This document shows, one piece after another, positions 1 through 10,286 of a stretch of 64,000 nt of DNA. Origin of the DNA: Patescibacteria group bacterium (lineage in GTDB: Bacteria; Patescibacteriota; Patescibacteriia; UBA10025; JBIOWE01); the NCBI GenBank assembly GCA_044868145.1, contig JBIOWE010000006.1, positions 284,537-348,536 on the forward strand. Direction: 5' to 3'. The position numbers and the translations under genes are program-made. The notes beneath the pieces are model-generated. The model saw only the letters and a program-made list of their open reading frames with translations, was not told the DNA's origin and ran no database searches. The stretch's first letter is position 1. Each line of letters opens with the position of its first letter.

Positions 1-686
1 TCATCTCCCCAAAAGACACCCATGTAGGGAAAAATGTTATTATAAAACCTAGTGCGGTGCTTGATGCGGAAAAAGGCCCTATCGTTCTTGAAGATGGAGT
101 CGAAGTAATGCACCAAGCCACACTCATCGGTCCATTGTACATAGGTAAAAAAACAAAAGTAAAGATTGGGGCAAAGTTGTATGGTGGATCCTCGATTGGT
201 CCGGTTTGCAAAATTGGCGGTGAAGTCGAGGAATCGATTATACAAGATTACACGAATAAGCAGCATGAGGGCTTTCTCGGACACGCGTATATTGGTTCGT
301 GGTGCAACTTGGGCGCTGACACGAACAACAGTGACCTAAAAAATAACTACGGAACAGTCGACGTAATGATGAACGGTGAGAAAATTGATACAGGCCAAAC
401 CTTTGTCGGCCTTTTCATGGGTGATCATTCAAAAACCGGTATTAATACGATGTTTAATACTGGAACGGTAGTTGGTTTTTCTTGCAACGTCTTTGGAGCT
501 GGATATTTACCAAAATATATCCCTTCCTTTTCGTGGTTTGACGCGCAGGCGGGCAGCCATACCTATAAACTTGATAAAGCATGTGAAGTCGCAGGGCGAG
601 TTATGGCGCGTCGCGATATCCCTTTTACAGCTTCGCAAAAAAAGTTATTTGACACGATTTACAAACTAACAGAGAAGGAGCGATGA
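1..686 (+). CDS. 3-prime part of a gene truncated by the window start. It is a left-handed beta-helix (hexapeptide-repeat) C-terminal domain of a sugar-phosphate nucleotidyltransferase/acyltransferase (GlmU/RmlA-like)
   Basis: The frame is open from nt 3 with no stop upstream of the GTG at 57. Repeated hexapeptide-like motifs (VGKNVIIKPSAV, IGAKLYGGSSIGPVCKIGGEVE) are typical of LbH domains. Confidence 0.55.
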   Translation, partial: ISPKDTHVGKNVIIKPSAVLDAEKGPIVLEDGVEVMHQATLIGPLYIGKKTKVKIGAKLYGGSSIGPVCKIGGEVEESIIQDYTNKQHEGFLGHAYIGSWCNLGADTNNSDLKNNYGTVDVMMNGEKIDTGQTFVGLFMGDHSKTGINTMFNTGTVVGFSCNVFGAGYLPKYIPSFSWFDAQAGSHTYKLDKACEVAGRVMARRDIPFTASQKKLFDTIYKLTEKER

Positions 687-1423
687 ACGGTATGAACATC
701 ATTATTGTCAAAGATTACGACGAGGTAAGTCGTAAAGCAGCAGACCTTATAATCGAACAGATTAAACAAAAACCATCTTCCGTTCTCGGTCTCGCGACCG
801 GCTCAACACCAGTGGGCACGTATAAAACCCTTACCAACGCGTTAAAGAAAAAGGAAGTCGACTTTAGCGATATTACTACGTTCAATCTTGATGAGTACTA
901 CCCTATTGACCGTGAACACGACCAAAGTTACTGGTATTTTATGCATACGAACTTGTTTCATCATATAAATATCCGTGAAGGCAGAAAGAACATTCTTAAC
1001 GGAAAAGCGGAAGATGTTGATCAAGAATGCAAAGATTACGAGGCAGCAATTAAAAAAATTGGCGGTATTGATCTACAATTGCTTGGTATTGGGAATAATG
1101 GACATATCGCCTTTAATGAACCCGGCTCTTCCTTTACCTCAAGGACACGACTCGTTGATCTTGATGAAAGTACCATCCAAGCGAATAGCAGGTTCTTCAG
1201 CTCAAAAGACAAAGTTCCTGGCAAAGCGCTTTCAATGGGCCTTGGGACAATCATGGAAGCAAAAAAAATAATACTGCTTGCCACGAGTGAAAAAAAAGCA
1301 AAGGCGGTACGGCTATCTATTGAAGGCCCTCAGTCTGAAGATGTTCCTGCCTCTGTGTTGCAAAAACATACGAACTGTACATTCATAATTGATCAAGCAG
1401 CGGCATCTTTATTAAAAAAATAG
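683..1423 (+). CDS. nagB: glucosamine-6-phosphate deaminase/isomerase (NagB family)
   Basis: Near-colinear similarity to E. coli NagB motifs (GLATGSTP; TFNLDEY; SYWYFMHTNLF; GIGNNGHIAFNEPGSSFTSRTR; ANSRFF). 4-nt overlap with the upstream gene. Confidence 0.8.
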   Translation: MNGMNIIIVKDYDEVSRKAADLIIEQIKQKPSSVLGLATGSTPVGTYKTLTNALKKKEVDFSDITTFNLDEYYPIDREHDQSYWYFMHTNLFHHINIREGRKNILNGKAEDVDQECKDYEAAIKKIGGIDLQLLGIGNNGHIAFNEPGSSFTSRTRLVDLDESTIQANSRFFSSKDKVPGKALSMGLGTIMEAKKIILLATSEKKAKAVRLSIEGPQSEDVPASVLQKHTNCTFIIDQAAASLLKK

Positions 1424-1426
1424 GCT

Positions 1427-2011
1427 ATGCCTGGAAAAAAATATTTCGTGCACGAATCAAGCTTTGTTGATGAACCATGCGAAATTGGTGAAGGAACCAA
1501 AATATGGCATTTTTGTCATATTATGAAAGGTGCGAAAATTGGAAAAAACTGCTCACTTGGTCAGAATGTCAATGTTGGAGGCGGTGCTATTATTGGTAAT
1601 AATGTTAAAATACAGAACAATGTTTCAATATACGACGGCGTTACTCTTGAAGATTATGTTTTTTGTGGACCATCGATGGTTTTTACGAATGACCCCAAAC
1701 CTCGATCTAAATACCCACTCGGACGTGAAAATTACTTACCAACACTCGTTAAGGAGGGCACAAGTATAGGAGCAAATACTACAGTTGTTTGCGGCAATAC
1801 AATTGGTAAGCACGCCTTCATAGGATCGGGATCGGTAATAACAAAAAATGTGCCGGATTATGCATTAGCATATGGCGTACCTGCAAAAGTATGTGGCTGG
1901 GTATGTGAATGTGGCCAAAAACTAGAGTTCAATAATCAAACGGCGCAGTGTGTAAAGTGTTCGCGTAAGTACAGAAAAGAAGGTGAATCAGTAACCTTGG
2001 CCAGCCAATAA
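1427..2011 (+). CDS. hexapeptide-repeat sugar N-acetyltransferase (WbpD/WlbB/QdtC-like) with a C-terminal Cys-rich zinc-ribbon-like tail
   Basis: LbH repeats ([31 protein letters not shown]). C-terminal CGWVCECG...CVKCS. Context next to DegT and Gfo/Idh/MocA genes. Confidence 0.7.
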   Translation: MPGKKYFVHESSFVDEPCEIGEGTKIWHFCHIMKGAKIGKNCSLGQNVNVGGGAIIGNNVKIQNNVSIYDGVTLEDYVFCGPSMVFTNDPKPRSKYPLGRENYLPTLVKEGTSIGANTTVVCGNTIGKHAFIGSGSVITKNVPDYALAYGVPAKVCGWVCECGQKLEFNNQTAQCVKCSRKYRKEGESVTLASQ

Positions 2012-2012
2012 A

Positions 2013-3128
2013 ATGAAATTTGTTGATCTTTACAAACAATATCTTTTAATAAAACCTGATATTGATAAAGCGATTGAAGGCGTAATCAAACGCAGTTCAT
2101 TTATCTTAGGTGAAGATATTACCGAGCTTGAACAAAGAATCGCCAAGTATTGCGGTGTAAAATACGCAGTTGGGCTCAATTCTGGCACGGATGCCTTAAT
2201 TTATTCACTCCGTGCATTAAAAATTCACGAAGGTGATGAAGTTATAACGTCCCCCTTTTCATTTTTTGCGACAGCTGAAGCTATAATGCTTGAGAATGCA
2301 AAACCTGTTTTTGTAGATATTGATCCGCAAACATTTAATATCAACCCACACTTAATAGAAAAAAAAATAACAAAAAGAACTAAGGCAATTATTCCGGTAC
2401 ACCTTTTCGGACAACCAGCTGATATGGACCCAATTATGAAGATCGCACGACGCTATAATCTTTTCGTTATCGAGGACGCAGCACAAGCTATAGGCGCTCA
2501 ATACAAGAACAAAAGGGTTGGTTCGATGGGTCATGTTGGTTGTTTATCTTTTTTTCCTGCAAAAAACCTTGGTTGCTATGGTGACGGAGGAATGATTGTT
2601 ACAAATCAAAAAATTATTGCCGATATGATTAGAAAAATGATTAACCATGGATCTATAAAACGATATTATCACGAATTCGTTGGCGATTCTTCGAGATTAG
2701 ACAATCTGCAAGCAGCGATTCTGAATGTGAAGATTCGTTTTATTGACCGCTGGAACTTATACAGAAGGAAAATAGCAAAGTTATATGAGACATTGCTTGA
2801 TCCGCAATTCATCAAAGCACCAGTTACGCTGCCAAAAACGAAATCAGTTTATCAACAGTATACGGTTCGAATAAAAAACAGAGATAAGATACAACAAGAC
2901 CTCTCTAAGGCTGGTATACCAACGGCTATACATTACCCAATGGCTATCCATCTGCAGCCGGCTTGTAAAAACTTGGGATATAAGAAAGGTATGTTTCCGA
3001 TCTCTGAACAAGCTGCCAACGAAGTTCTCTCACTGCCAATTTATCCAGAATTGTCAAACATCGAAATAAGAAAAATTGCGAATAATGTTAACAAACTAGC
3101 TAGAAAATATGCAGGAAAACAAAATTAA
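2013..3128 (+). CDS. DegT/DnrJ/EryC1/StrS family PLP-dependent sugar aminotransferase (WbpE-like)
   Basis: Family motifs: SGTDAL, DEVITSPFSFFAT, HLFGQPADMD, FVIEDAAQAIGA, SFFPAKNLG. 371 aa. Confidence 0.85.
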   Translation: MKFVDLYKQYLLIKPDIDKAIEGVIKRSSFILGEDITELEQRIAKYCGVKYAVGLNSGTDALIYSLRALKIHEGDEVITSPFSFFATAEAIMLENAKPVFVDIDPQTFNINPHLIEKKITKRTKAIIPVHLFGQPADMDPIMKIARRYNLFVIEDAAQAIGAQYKNKRVGSMGHVGCLSFFPAKNLGCYGDGGMIVTNQKIIADMIRKMINHGSIKRYYHEFVGDSSRLDNLQAAILNVKIRFIDRWNLYRRKIAKLYETLLDPQFIKAPVTLPKTKSVYQQYTVRIKNRDKIQQDLSKAGIPTAIHYPMAIHLQPACKNLGYKKGMFPISEQAANEVLSLPIYPELSNIEIRKIANNVNKLARKYAGKQN

Positions 3129-4104
3129 TGTAGCGGTTATCGGTACCGGGAATATGGGTAGACACCATATTAGAAACTATTTCGAGATTGAGGAATCGAA
3201 CCTAGTAGCAATATGCGACATTGACCCTAAAAAACAAAAATTGTCAAAAAAATTTAAATGTAAATTTTACAAAAATTACAAGCGAATGCTATTGAAAGAA
3301 AAAATTGACGCTCTTTCTATTGCCGTTCCGACAAACGCACATGAAAAAATCGCCCTTTACGTGCTAAAAAGGGGAATACACGTTTTAGTTGAGAAACCTA
3401 TCGCGTCAACTGAAACTGGTGCAAAAAAAATGATTACTCTAGCGAAGCGATCAAATAGTCTTTTGGCTGTTGGCCATATCGAGCGTTTCAATCCAGGAGT
3501 AAAAAAAATGCAGGAACTAATAAAAAAAGGCGCTTTAGGAAAAATAATCTCAATCATTGCGAAAAGAGTAGGACCGTTTGCGCCAAGAATTAAGGAGGCT
3601 GGCGTATTAATTGATTTAGCAGTTCATGACATAGACATAATTAGCTATTTATTCGGTCAAAAACCATCACACGTTTATGTCAACGGGGGCAATGCCATAA
3701 ACAGAAAGATCGAAGACTATGCAGAAATGTTTTTGAAGTTCGGTAGCAGCTCTGGGTATATTCAAGTAAATTGGATTACGCCGGTAATCATTCGTGAATT
3801 ACATGTAACTGGCACCGGGGGGTACGCGCGTTTAAACTATATTACCCAAGAATTAGATTTTTATAAGTCACATTATAAAGAAGACTTCGATGATTACGGC
3901 GATTTCGTCATTCAATTCGGCATTTCTAAAAAAAAGTCGGTCCCAATAAAAACTGAGGAGCCACTCCGTCTTGAACTAAAATCTTTTCTTTCAAACGTTC
4001 AAAATAAAACTAAACCTGAAGTGACGGGCGAACAAGGGCTGCAAGCTTTGAGTGTTGCTCTGAAAGCCTTAAAAAATGTAAAATATGCGAAAGCTGGACA
4101 ATAA
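3109..4104 (+). CDS. Gfo/Idh/MocA family NAD-dependent nucleotide-sugar oxidoreductase (WbpB-like)
   Basis: N-terminal Rossmann segment VAVIGTGNMGRHH with the EKP motif (VLVEKPIA). Typical 331-aa size. Overlaps the upstream DegT gene. Confidence 0.8.
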   Translation: MQENKINVAVIGTGNMGRHHIRNYFEIEESNLVAICDIDPKKQKLSKKFKCKFYKNYKRMLLKEKIDALSIAVPTNAHEKIALYVLKRGIHVLVEKPIASTETGAKKMITLAKRSNSLLAVGHIERFNPGVKKMQELIKKGALGKIISIIAKRVGPFAPRIKEAGVLIDLAVHDIDIISYLFGQKPSHVYVNGGNAINRKIEDYAEMFLKFGSSSGYIQVNWITPVIIRELHVTGTGGYARLNYITQELDFYKSHYKEDFDDYGDFVIQFGISKKKSVPIKTEEPLRLELKSFLSNVQNKTKPEVTGEQGLQALSVALKALKNVKYAKAGQ

Positions 4105-5050
4105 GGCTGTCCTCGTGACAGGTGGCGCCGGTTTTATCGGAAGCCATCTTGTTGATGCCCTAACTCATGAAAACGTTAAAGAAATTATCATTGTGGACAA
4201 CTTTTTTCTAGGGAAGCGCAGAAACCTTCTCGAGGCAAAGCAAAGTTTTAAAAAGTTGGAAATAATAAAACACGATGCCACAGATTATACTTTCATGAGA
4301 GAATTAATCAGTCGTAAAAAAGTTGACGTTATATTCAGTTTGGCTACAAAAGCGCTCCCCTACTCTTTTACTGACGCTGATGACGCCTACTTTGTGAATG
4401 TAAACCTTGCTAATGTTCTCTTACGACTACTACGTGACCGACTGTTTAAAACGTTAATACATTTTTCATCATCAGAAGCTTATGGATCATCAGAAACGAC
4501 AAGAATGTCAGAGAGCCATCCTTTACAGCCTACAACTCCCTATGCAGCTGGTAAGGCCTCTGCCGACCTGCAGCTTTTGGCGTGGCAGAAATTTTTCGAT
4601 TTAGATATCTCTATCGTTAGGCCATTTAATACCTATGGCCCCCGTCAGAATGAGGGATTATACGCCGGAGTTATACCCATCACTATCAAACGCATATTAA
4701 ACAATCAGAAAACCATTTTGCAGGGCGACGGTAAACAAACTCGCGATTTTACCTACGTAACGGATATTGTAAAAGCTGCTGTGAGTATTTACAAAAAAAC
4801 CTCGACAAAAGGTAAGGTCGTCAATATCGCCAGCGGCAAAGAAATTTCGATACGTACTATCCTCAGATATATTATGGAACATTTGCACTATCGTAGGGGG
4901 ATCATCAGAAAGCCGCAAAGAAGATCTGACGTGCGTCGGCATCGAGCTGACATCCAACTTGCGCGTTCTTTAATTAAATACAAACCATTAGTCGATTTAC
5001 GTACTGGCCTTAAGAAAACAATCAACTGGTATAAAGAAAATATACAATGA
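4085..5050 (+). CDS. NAD-dependent epimerase/dehydratase family protein (nucleotide-sugar 4,6-dehydratase/epimerase-like)
   Basis: VLVTGGAGFIGSHLVDAL Rossmann motif. Catalytic YAAGK (YxxxK). 321 aa. Confidence 0.8.
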   Translation: MRKLDNKAVLVTGGAGFIGSHLVDALTHENVKEIIIVDNFFLGKRRNLLEAKQSFKKLEIIKHDATDYTFMRELISRKKVDVIFSLATKALPYSFTDADDAYFVNVNLANVLLRLLRDRLFKTLIHFSSSEAYGSSETTRMSESHPLQPTTPYAAGKASADLQLLAWQKFFDLDISIVRPFNTYGPRQNEGLYAGVIPITIKRILNNQKTILQGDGKQTRDFTYVTDIVKAAVSIYKKTSTKGKVVNIASGKEISIRTILRYIMEHLHYRRGIIRKPQRRSDVRRHRADIQLARSLIKYKPLVDLRTGLKKTINWYKENIQ

Positions 5051-6162
5051 TTCGACTCATTATACCGGATATAAAATTTAGTGACGTTGCAAAGAATTTT
5101 CAAAAAATCCTCAATTCTGGCAGATTGACGCAAGGAGAATACGTCAAGAAATTTGAAAAAGCAGTAGCTGAATTTGTCGGAACTAAATATGCTTTTGCAA
5201 CTACTTCGGCAACTACAGCCTTACACTTGTCTCTTGTGGCATTGGGGATTAAAAAAGGGGACGAAGTGTTAGTTTCCGATTTCACTTTTCCCGCAACTGC
5301 TAATGTTGTTGTACAGGTAGGCGCTCGACCTGTTTTGGTTGACATACGTCTCGATAGTTTTAACATTGATTTAAACGACCTAAAAAAAAAGATCACGAAA
5401 AAAACGAAAGCTATCATTCCGGTTGATGCTTTTGGCCGTCCGGTAGACATGCCCTCAATAATGAGTATTGCGAAAAAACATAAACTTTTTGTTATTGAAG
5501 ATGCTGCGTGCGCCATTGGCGCTTCATTCGACAGAAAAAAAACTGGTAGCCTTGGCACTGTTGGATGCTTCAGTTTTCACCCGCGAAAGTCAATTACTAC
5601 GGGTGAGGGAGGCATGATAACAACCAATGATGAAAAAGTTGCAAAAAATATTCTTATCTTAAGGAACCATGGGGGAATTTTACAAAAGTCAAAAAGGTAT
5701 TATCAGTATGTTATGGCGGGCTTCAATTATCGAATGTCAGAAATTCAAGCAGCGATGGGCTTGCAACAAATGAAAAAAATCAATAATTTGATATCTCAAC
5801 GAATTAAAATAGCGAGTCGAATGACTCAAAAAATTCAACAAATATCTAATTTACGCCCACCCCTAGAATTATTGAATGAGAAGAATGTTTTTCAATCATA
5901 TGTTACGCTTGTATCAGAGGATATCAATAGAGATCTTGTAATAAAGAAAATGCGAAAAAAAGGTATAGAAACGACGCTCGGGACCTACGCGTTACATGCT
6001 CAACCGTTTTTTATCAAGCATTATCATTATAAACCTGGACAATTGAAAAATTCTTACAAAGCTTTTCTGAAAACACTGACTTTGCCGTTGTATAATACAA
6101 TGACAGCTCAACAAATTAAGTATATCACTAACAACTTGAGAGAGATTCTAACAATAAAGTAA
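5047..6162 (+). CDS. second DegT/DnrJ/EryC1/StrS family sugar aminotransferase
   Basis: TSATTALHLSL, FTFPATAN, VIEDAACAIGAS, SFHPRKSITTGEGG motifs. 4-nt overlap with the upstream gene. Confidence 0.85.
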   Translation: MIRLIIPDIKFSDVAKNFQKILNSGRLTQGEYVKKFEKAVAEFVGTKYAFATTSATTALHLSLVALGIKKGDEVLVSDFTFPATANVVVQVGARPVLVDIRLDSFNIDLNDLKKKITKKTKAIIPVDAFGRPVDMPSIMSIAKKHKLFVIEDAACAIGASFDRKKTGSLGTVGCFSFHPRKSITTGEGGMITTNDEKVAKNILILRNHGGILQKSKRYYQYVMAGFNYRMSEIQAAMGLQQMKKINNLISQRIKIASRMTQKIQQISNLRPPLELLNEKNVFQSYVTLVSEDINRDLVIKKMRKKGIETTLGTYALHAQPFFIKHYHYKPGQLKNSYKAFLKTLTLPLYNTMTAQQIKYITNNLREILTIK

Positions 6163-6166
6163 TAAT

Positions 6167-6709
6167 ATGGTGCAACCTATCATTCGAAAATCACATGGAT
6201 CGGGAAAATTTAATAAAAAAGACTTTTCTCATGTAGGAGAGAATGTAATTATCGAACCCGGCGTTTTCGTATTTCATCCAGAGAATATAGTAATTGGCGA
6301 CCATGTTTATATTGGACATTATACAATTCTCAAGGGTTACTATAAAGGTAAAATGGTTATCGGTTCTGGAACATGGATAGGCCAACAATGTTTTTTCCAT
6401 AGCGCGGGTGATATAGAAATTGGCGAGAATGTCGGCATAGGACCAGGAGTAAAAATTCTTACTTCAACCCATTCAATCAACGAACCTGACAAACCGATTA
6501 TACACGCCCAAGAAATGCTTTATAAAAAAGTAATCATTAAACCAGATGCTGACATTGGTGTAAACGCAATTATTTTACCCGGCGTAACAATTGGACGTGC
6601 TGCGCAAATAGGTGCAGGAGCCGTAGTAACCAAAGACGTCCCAGATTATGAAATTTGGGCTGGCGTACCAGCTAAATTCTTAGGCTCAAGGAAGCAAACG
6701 TCGTTATGA
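6167..6709 (+). CDS. hexapeptide-repeat (LbH) acetyltransferase
   Basis: Tandem hexapeptide motifs (IGENVGIGPGVKI, IGVNAIILPGVTIGRAAQIGAGAVV). Confidence 0.7.
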   Translation: MVQPIIRKSHGSGKFNKKDFSHVGENVIIEPGVFVFHPENIVIGDHVYIGHYTILKGYYKGKMVIGSGTWIGQQCFFHSAGDIEIGENVGIGPGVKILTSTHSINEPDKPIIHAQEMLYKKVIIKPDADIGVNAIILPGVTIGRAAQIGAGAVVTKDVPDYEIWAGVPAKFLGSRKQTSL

Positions 6710-7824
6710 TGTGCGTTCGATGCATCTACCATGATAAGATCCCGGGAATTTCTTTTGATTCCGAACGTATTTGCAACTATTGTCGAACTTCTGAACAAAT
6801 GGTAAAAGAGTATCCTGATGGGAAAGAAGGAGAAAAAATATTTTCTCAAATTGTTGAGCAGGTCAAAAAAGATGGTAAAAATCGAAAATACGATTGCGTA
6901 ATTGGAGTAAGCGGAGGCTGCGATTCTTCATATTTGGTTTACATGGCTAAAAAGTTTGGCTTGCGTCCCCTGGCAGCACATTTTGATAATACCTGGAATT
7001 CTTCCATATCTGCTGACAATATAAAAAAAGTTCTTAAAAAACTTAATGTAGATTTATTTACCCATGTGGTGGACAACGAGGAATTCAATGATATGGCTCG
7101 TGCTTTCTTAGAGGCGTCAGTTCCTGAAATTGATGCTCTTTCAGATGTTGCACTTGCCACTGTTCTTTACATGGCTGCCGCGAAGTATAAAGTAAAATAT
7201 ATCTTCGACGGTCATAATTTCCGCACGGAAGGAATGACACCCCTCGGTTGGTTCTACTTCGATGGCAAATACGTTTCTGATATATATAAAAAATTTGGTA
7301 AAGGCAAAATAGTCTCCTACCCAAATTTGTGGTTATCAAAATGGTTGAAGTGGCTGATTATAGACCGGCCCAAAAGAATACGTCCTCTCTACTATTTAGA
7401 TTATAATAAAGAAGAAGTGAAAAAATTTCTTACTAGGGAATTTGGCTGGCAATGGTATGGCGGGCACCACATGGAAAATAAGTATACTATCTTTTGCGAT
7501 AACTATGTAATGCCAAAAAAGTTCAATATAGATTTACGATATGTTGAATTTTCAGCGATGATACGTTCCGGTCAGATGACGAAGGAGCAGGCTCTTAATG
7601 AAATTCAGATACCCCCTGAATGCAAAGATGAGTTAATTCAAGAAGTAAAAAAGCGTTTAGGATATTCTGACGAGGAATTCAATCGTCTCATGGATAAACC
7701 ATTGAAATCTGCAAAAGATTATAAAACGTATCATAATATTTTTAGGGCGATGAAGCCAATTTTTTGGTTTATGCTGCGAGCGGACTTAATTCCAAAAAGT
7801 TTCTACATTAAGTACACCAATTAG
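6706..7824 (+). CDS. N-acetyl sugar amidotransferase, a PP-loop ATPase (WbpG/LPS biosynthesis protein family)
   Basis: N-terminal CxxC...CxxC zinc ribbon. PP-loop SGGxDS (VIGVSGGCDSSY). Immediately followed by hisH-like and hisF-like genes, as in the P. aeruginosa wbpG-hisH2-hisF2 arrangement. Confidence 0.75.
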   Translation: MMCVRCIYHDKIPGISFDSERICNYCRTSEQMVKEYPDGKEGEKIFSQIVEQVKKDGKNRKYDCVIGVSGGCDSSYLVYMAKKFGLRPLAAHFDNTWNSSISADNIKKVLKKLNVDLFTHVVDNEEFNDMARAFLEASVPEIDALSDVALATVLYMAAAKYKVKYIFDGHNFRTEGMTPLGWFYFDGKYVSDIYKKFGKGKIVSYPNLWLSKWLKWLIIDRPKRIRPLYYLDYNKEEVKKFLTREFGWQWYGGHHMENKYTIFCDNYVMPKKFNIDLRYVEFSAMIRSGQMTKEQALNEIQIPPECKDELIQEVKKRLGYSDEEFNRLMDKPLKSAKDYKTYHNIFRAMKPIFWFMLRADLIPKSFYIKYTN

Positions 7825-7887
7825 AACTGTTTTAACAGATAAAATCATAATCAGAATTTATTTTTTATTTTCTATTAGAAAAAGCGC

Positions 7888-8502
7888 ATGATTGTTATTG
7901 TCGATTACCACATGGGTAATGTTGGATCGATAAAAAATATGATAAAAAAACTGGGCAGTGACTCGGTTATATCATCAGATCCAACAACAATTAGAAACGC
8001 TGGCAAGCTAATTCTTCCTGGAGTTGGAGCGTTCGATAATGGCATGGAAAATATCAATAAACTAAATCTTCTCGACATATTAAATGAAAAAGTTTTACAA
8101 AAAAGAACGCCGATCTTAGGGATTTGCTTAGGAATGGAGTTAATAACCAAATCAAGTGAAGAAGGAATACGAGAAGGGTTAGGTTGGATCGACGCAAGCA
8201 CAGTGAAATTTAAGTTTTTGGACAATGTCGAGAATCTAAAGGTACCGCATATGGGATGGAACACAATACAGATAAAGAAACAAAGCCGTATTCTTCTCAA
8301 TATGCGCGAAAATCCAAGGTTTTACTTTGTCCACTCGTATCATCCCGTTTGTAACAACGTAAAAGATGTCGTAGCAGAAACGACATATGGATATCCGTTT
8401 ACTTCTATTTTCGCACATAAAAATATTGTTGGCGTACAATTTCACCCAGAAAAAAGTCATAAATATGGCATGAAGCTTCTTCAGAATTTTATTGAAATGT
8501 AA
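7888..8502 (+). CDS. HisH-like class I glutamine amidotransferase (imidazole glycerol phosphate synthase glutaminase-subunit homolog)
   Basis: MIVIVDYHMGNVGSI start. GICLGMELI catalytic Cys motif. C-terminal VQFHPEKS (His/Glu of the triad). Confidence 0.8.
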   Translation: MIVIVDYHMGNVGSIKNMIKKLGSDSVISSDPTTIRNAGKLILPGVGAFDNGMENINKLNLLDILNEKVLQKRTPILGICLGMELITKSSEEGIREGLGWIDASTVKFKFLDNVENLKVPHMGWNTIQIKKQSRILLNMRENPRFYFVHSYHPVCNNVKDVVAETTYGYPFTSIFAHKNIVGVQFHPEKSHKYGMKLLQNFIEM

Positions 8503-8504
8503 AT

Positions 8505-9266
8505 ATGCTCTCTGCGCGCGTTATTCCTTGTCTTCTAAATAAAGATTCGTCCTTAGTAAAAACGATTAAATTTAATGAAGTTAACTACATAGGTGATCCT
8601 GTAAATACGATCCAGATTTTTAATAATTTTGAGGTTGATGAATTGGTCCTGCTAGATATTGCTGCAACAAATGCACAAAGACCCCCAAAACTTGAATTAA
8701 TACGTAACGTTGCCAATGAGTGTTTTATGCCGCTCGCTTATGGTGGGGGCATCCGTGATATTGAAACAATCAGCAAGATTTTCGGTCTCGGTTCAGAAAA
8801 AGCAATCATTTGTTCTTATGCGGCTGAAAATCCAGAATTTGTCCGACTTGCTTCAAGGAAATTCGGCAATCAAAGTATTATTGTTGCCATTGATGTAAAG
8901 AAAAACTTTTTCGGAAAATATGAAGTCTTTACACACTCAGGAAAGAAAAATACAAAAAAAGACCCTATAGAATTTGCACGATTAATGCAGGAAATGGGTG
9001 CGGGGGAAATTTTTCTTAATTCTATTGACTTAGACGGCACCATGGCGGGTTATGACTTAGGTCTTGTGAACGACATGACCCACGCTATTACTATCCCATT
9101 AATTGCTTGTGGCGGTGCGGGTTCTCACGAAGATCTAAAAAAAGCAATAAAAGCGGGTGCATCGGCAGCAGCTGCTGGCAGTCTTTTTGTTTATCAAGGT
9201 AAAGACCTTGGCGTCTTGATTAATTTCCCCTCGCAAAAAGAGTTAGAAGAAATTCGTTCGATATGA
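8505..9266 (+). CDS. HisF-like cyclase subunit homolog (TIM-barrel partner of the WbpG-type amidotransferase)
   Basis: ARVIPCLLNKD...GDPVN...VDELVLLDI...GGGIR...ACGGAG motifs characteristic of HisF/HisA barrels. Confidence 0.8.
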   Translation: MLSARVIPCLLNKDSSLVKTIKFNEVNYIGDPVNTIQIFNNFEVDELVLLDIAATNAQRPPKLELIRNVANECFMPLAYGGGIRDIETISKIFGLGSEKAIICSYAAENPEFVRLASRKFGNQSIIVAIDVKKNFFGKYEVFTHSGKKNTKKDPIEFARLMQEMGAGEIFLNSIDLDGTMAGYDLGLVNDMTHAITIPLIACGGAGSHEDLKKAIKAGASAAAAGSLFVYQGKDLGVLINFPSQKELEEIRSI

Positions 9267-10270
9267 AGATCCTTCACGCACCATTTAACATAGCTGGCCA
9301 GGCATCAATTATTTCCAGAGCTCAAAGGAAATTAGGAATTCAGAGCGACGTAATGGTTTTTAGTCAAACCTATCTTGAGTACGAAAACGACATTATTTTA
9401 AACATTAATACGAAGCCTTTAGCCTCAAAGTTTGGGGTCGTGTTAAAAAACTTTCTCTATTGCATAAGGACGTATGACATTTTCCATTTTCACTTCGGTT
9501 CAAGCCTTTTGCCGTTTCTCATAGATATGCATATTCTTAAATTGCTTGGGAAACCAATGCTCATGCACTATTGGGGGTCGGACGTTATACAAATTGACAT
9601 TGCAAAGAAGTACACACTGCTCAGCGAGGAAGAATTGAAAGAAATCTTCAAAAGTATTCATAGCAGAAGGCGTAGAAAAAAAATTCGTAGAATCGAAAGC
9701 CTGGCTAACATGACAATAGTTGGCGATTACTCTCTTCAGCGATATTCCCCAAAGAGTATTGTCATCCGCCAGGCAATTGATTTGTCTGCATTACAATTCG
9801 TAGGAGTCCCGACAAAAGAAAATAATATCAACGTTGTTCATGCTCCAACCAACCGTAAAATAAAAGGTACGCATCATGTTATAAGCGTAATAGATGATCT
9901 CAAGAGACAAGGTTATAATATGAATTTACAAATAGTGGAAAACATGCCCAATAAAGAAGCGTTAGAGATATATAAAAAGGCCGACATCGTGATTGATGAC
10001 GTGCTGCAAGGTCCTTACGGTATTTTTGCGATTGAAAGCATGGCTTTGGGAAAACCAGTGCTCGGTTATGTAAGAAACACCGAGCAATATCCAGGATTAC
10101 CAATAATGAACACCAGCCCGAGCTCACTCAAAAACAATATCTTATCTCTTTTTAACAACCGCCCATTACGTATAACCCTCGGCAAGCAAGGTAGAGCCTA
10201 CGTCGAACGTCATCATGATAGCTTAAAGATCGCCCAGCAACTAATAGATATCTACAAAACACTATCGTAA
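9263..10270 (+). CDS. glycosyltransferase (GT-B fold, GT1/GT4-like)
   Basis: C-terminal region (FAIESMALGKPVLGY) resembles the GT-B nucleotide-sugar-binding domain. Sits in the glycan cluster. 4-nt overlap upstream. Confidence 0.5.
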   Translation: MKILHAPFNIAGQASIISRAQRKLGIQSDVMVFSQTYLEYENDIILNINTKPLASKFGVVLKNFLYCIRTYDIFHFHFGSSLLPFLIDMHILKLLGKPMLMHYWGSDVIQIDIAKKYTLLSEEELKEIFKSIHSRRRRKKIRRIESLANMTIVGDYSLQRYSPKSIVIRQAIDLSALQFVGVPTKENNINVVHAPTNRKIKGTHHVISVIDDLKRQGYNMNLQIVENMPNKEALEIYKKADIVIDDVLQGPYGIFAIESMALGKPVLGYVRNTEQYPGLPIMNTSPSSLKNNILSLFNNRPLRITLGKQGRAYVERHHDSLKIAQQLIDIYKTLS

Positions 10271-10286
10271 CGGGAATGTGACTTTA

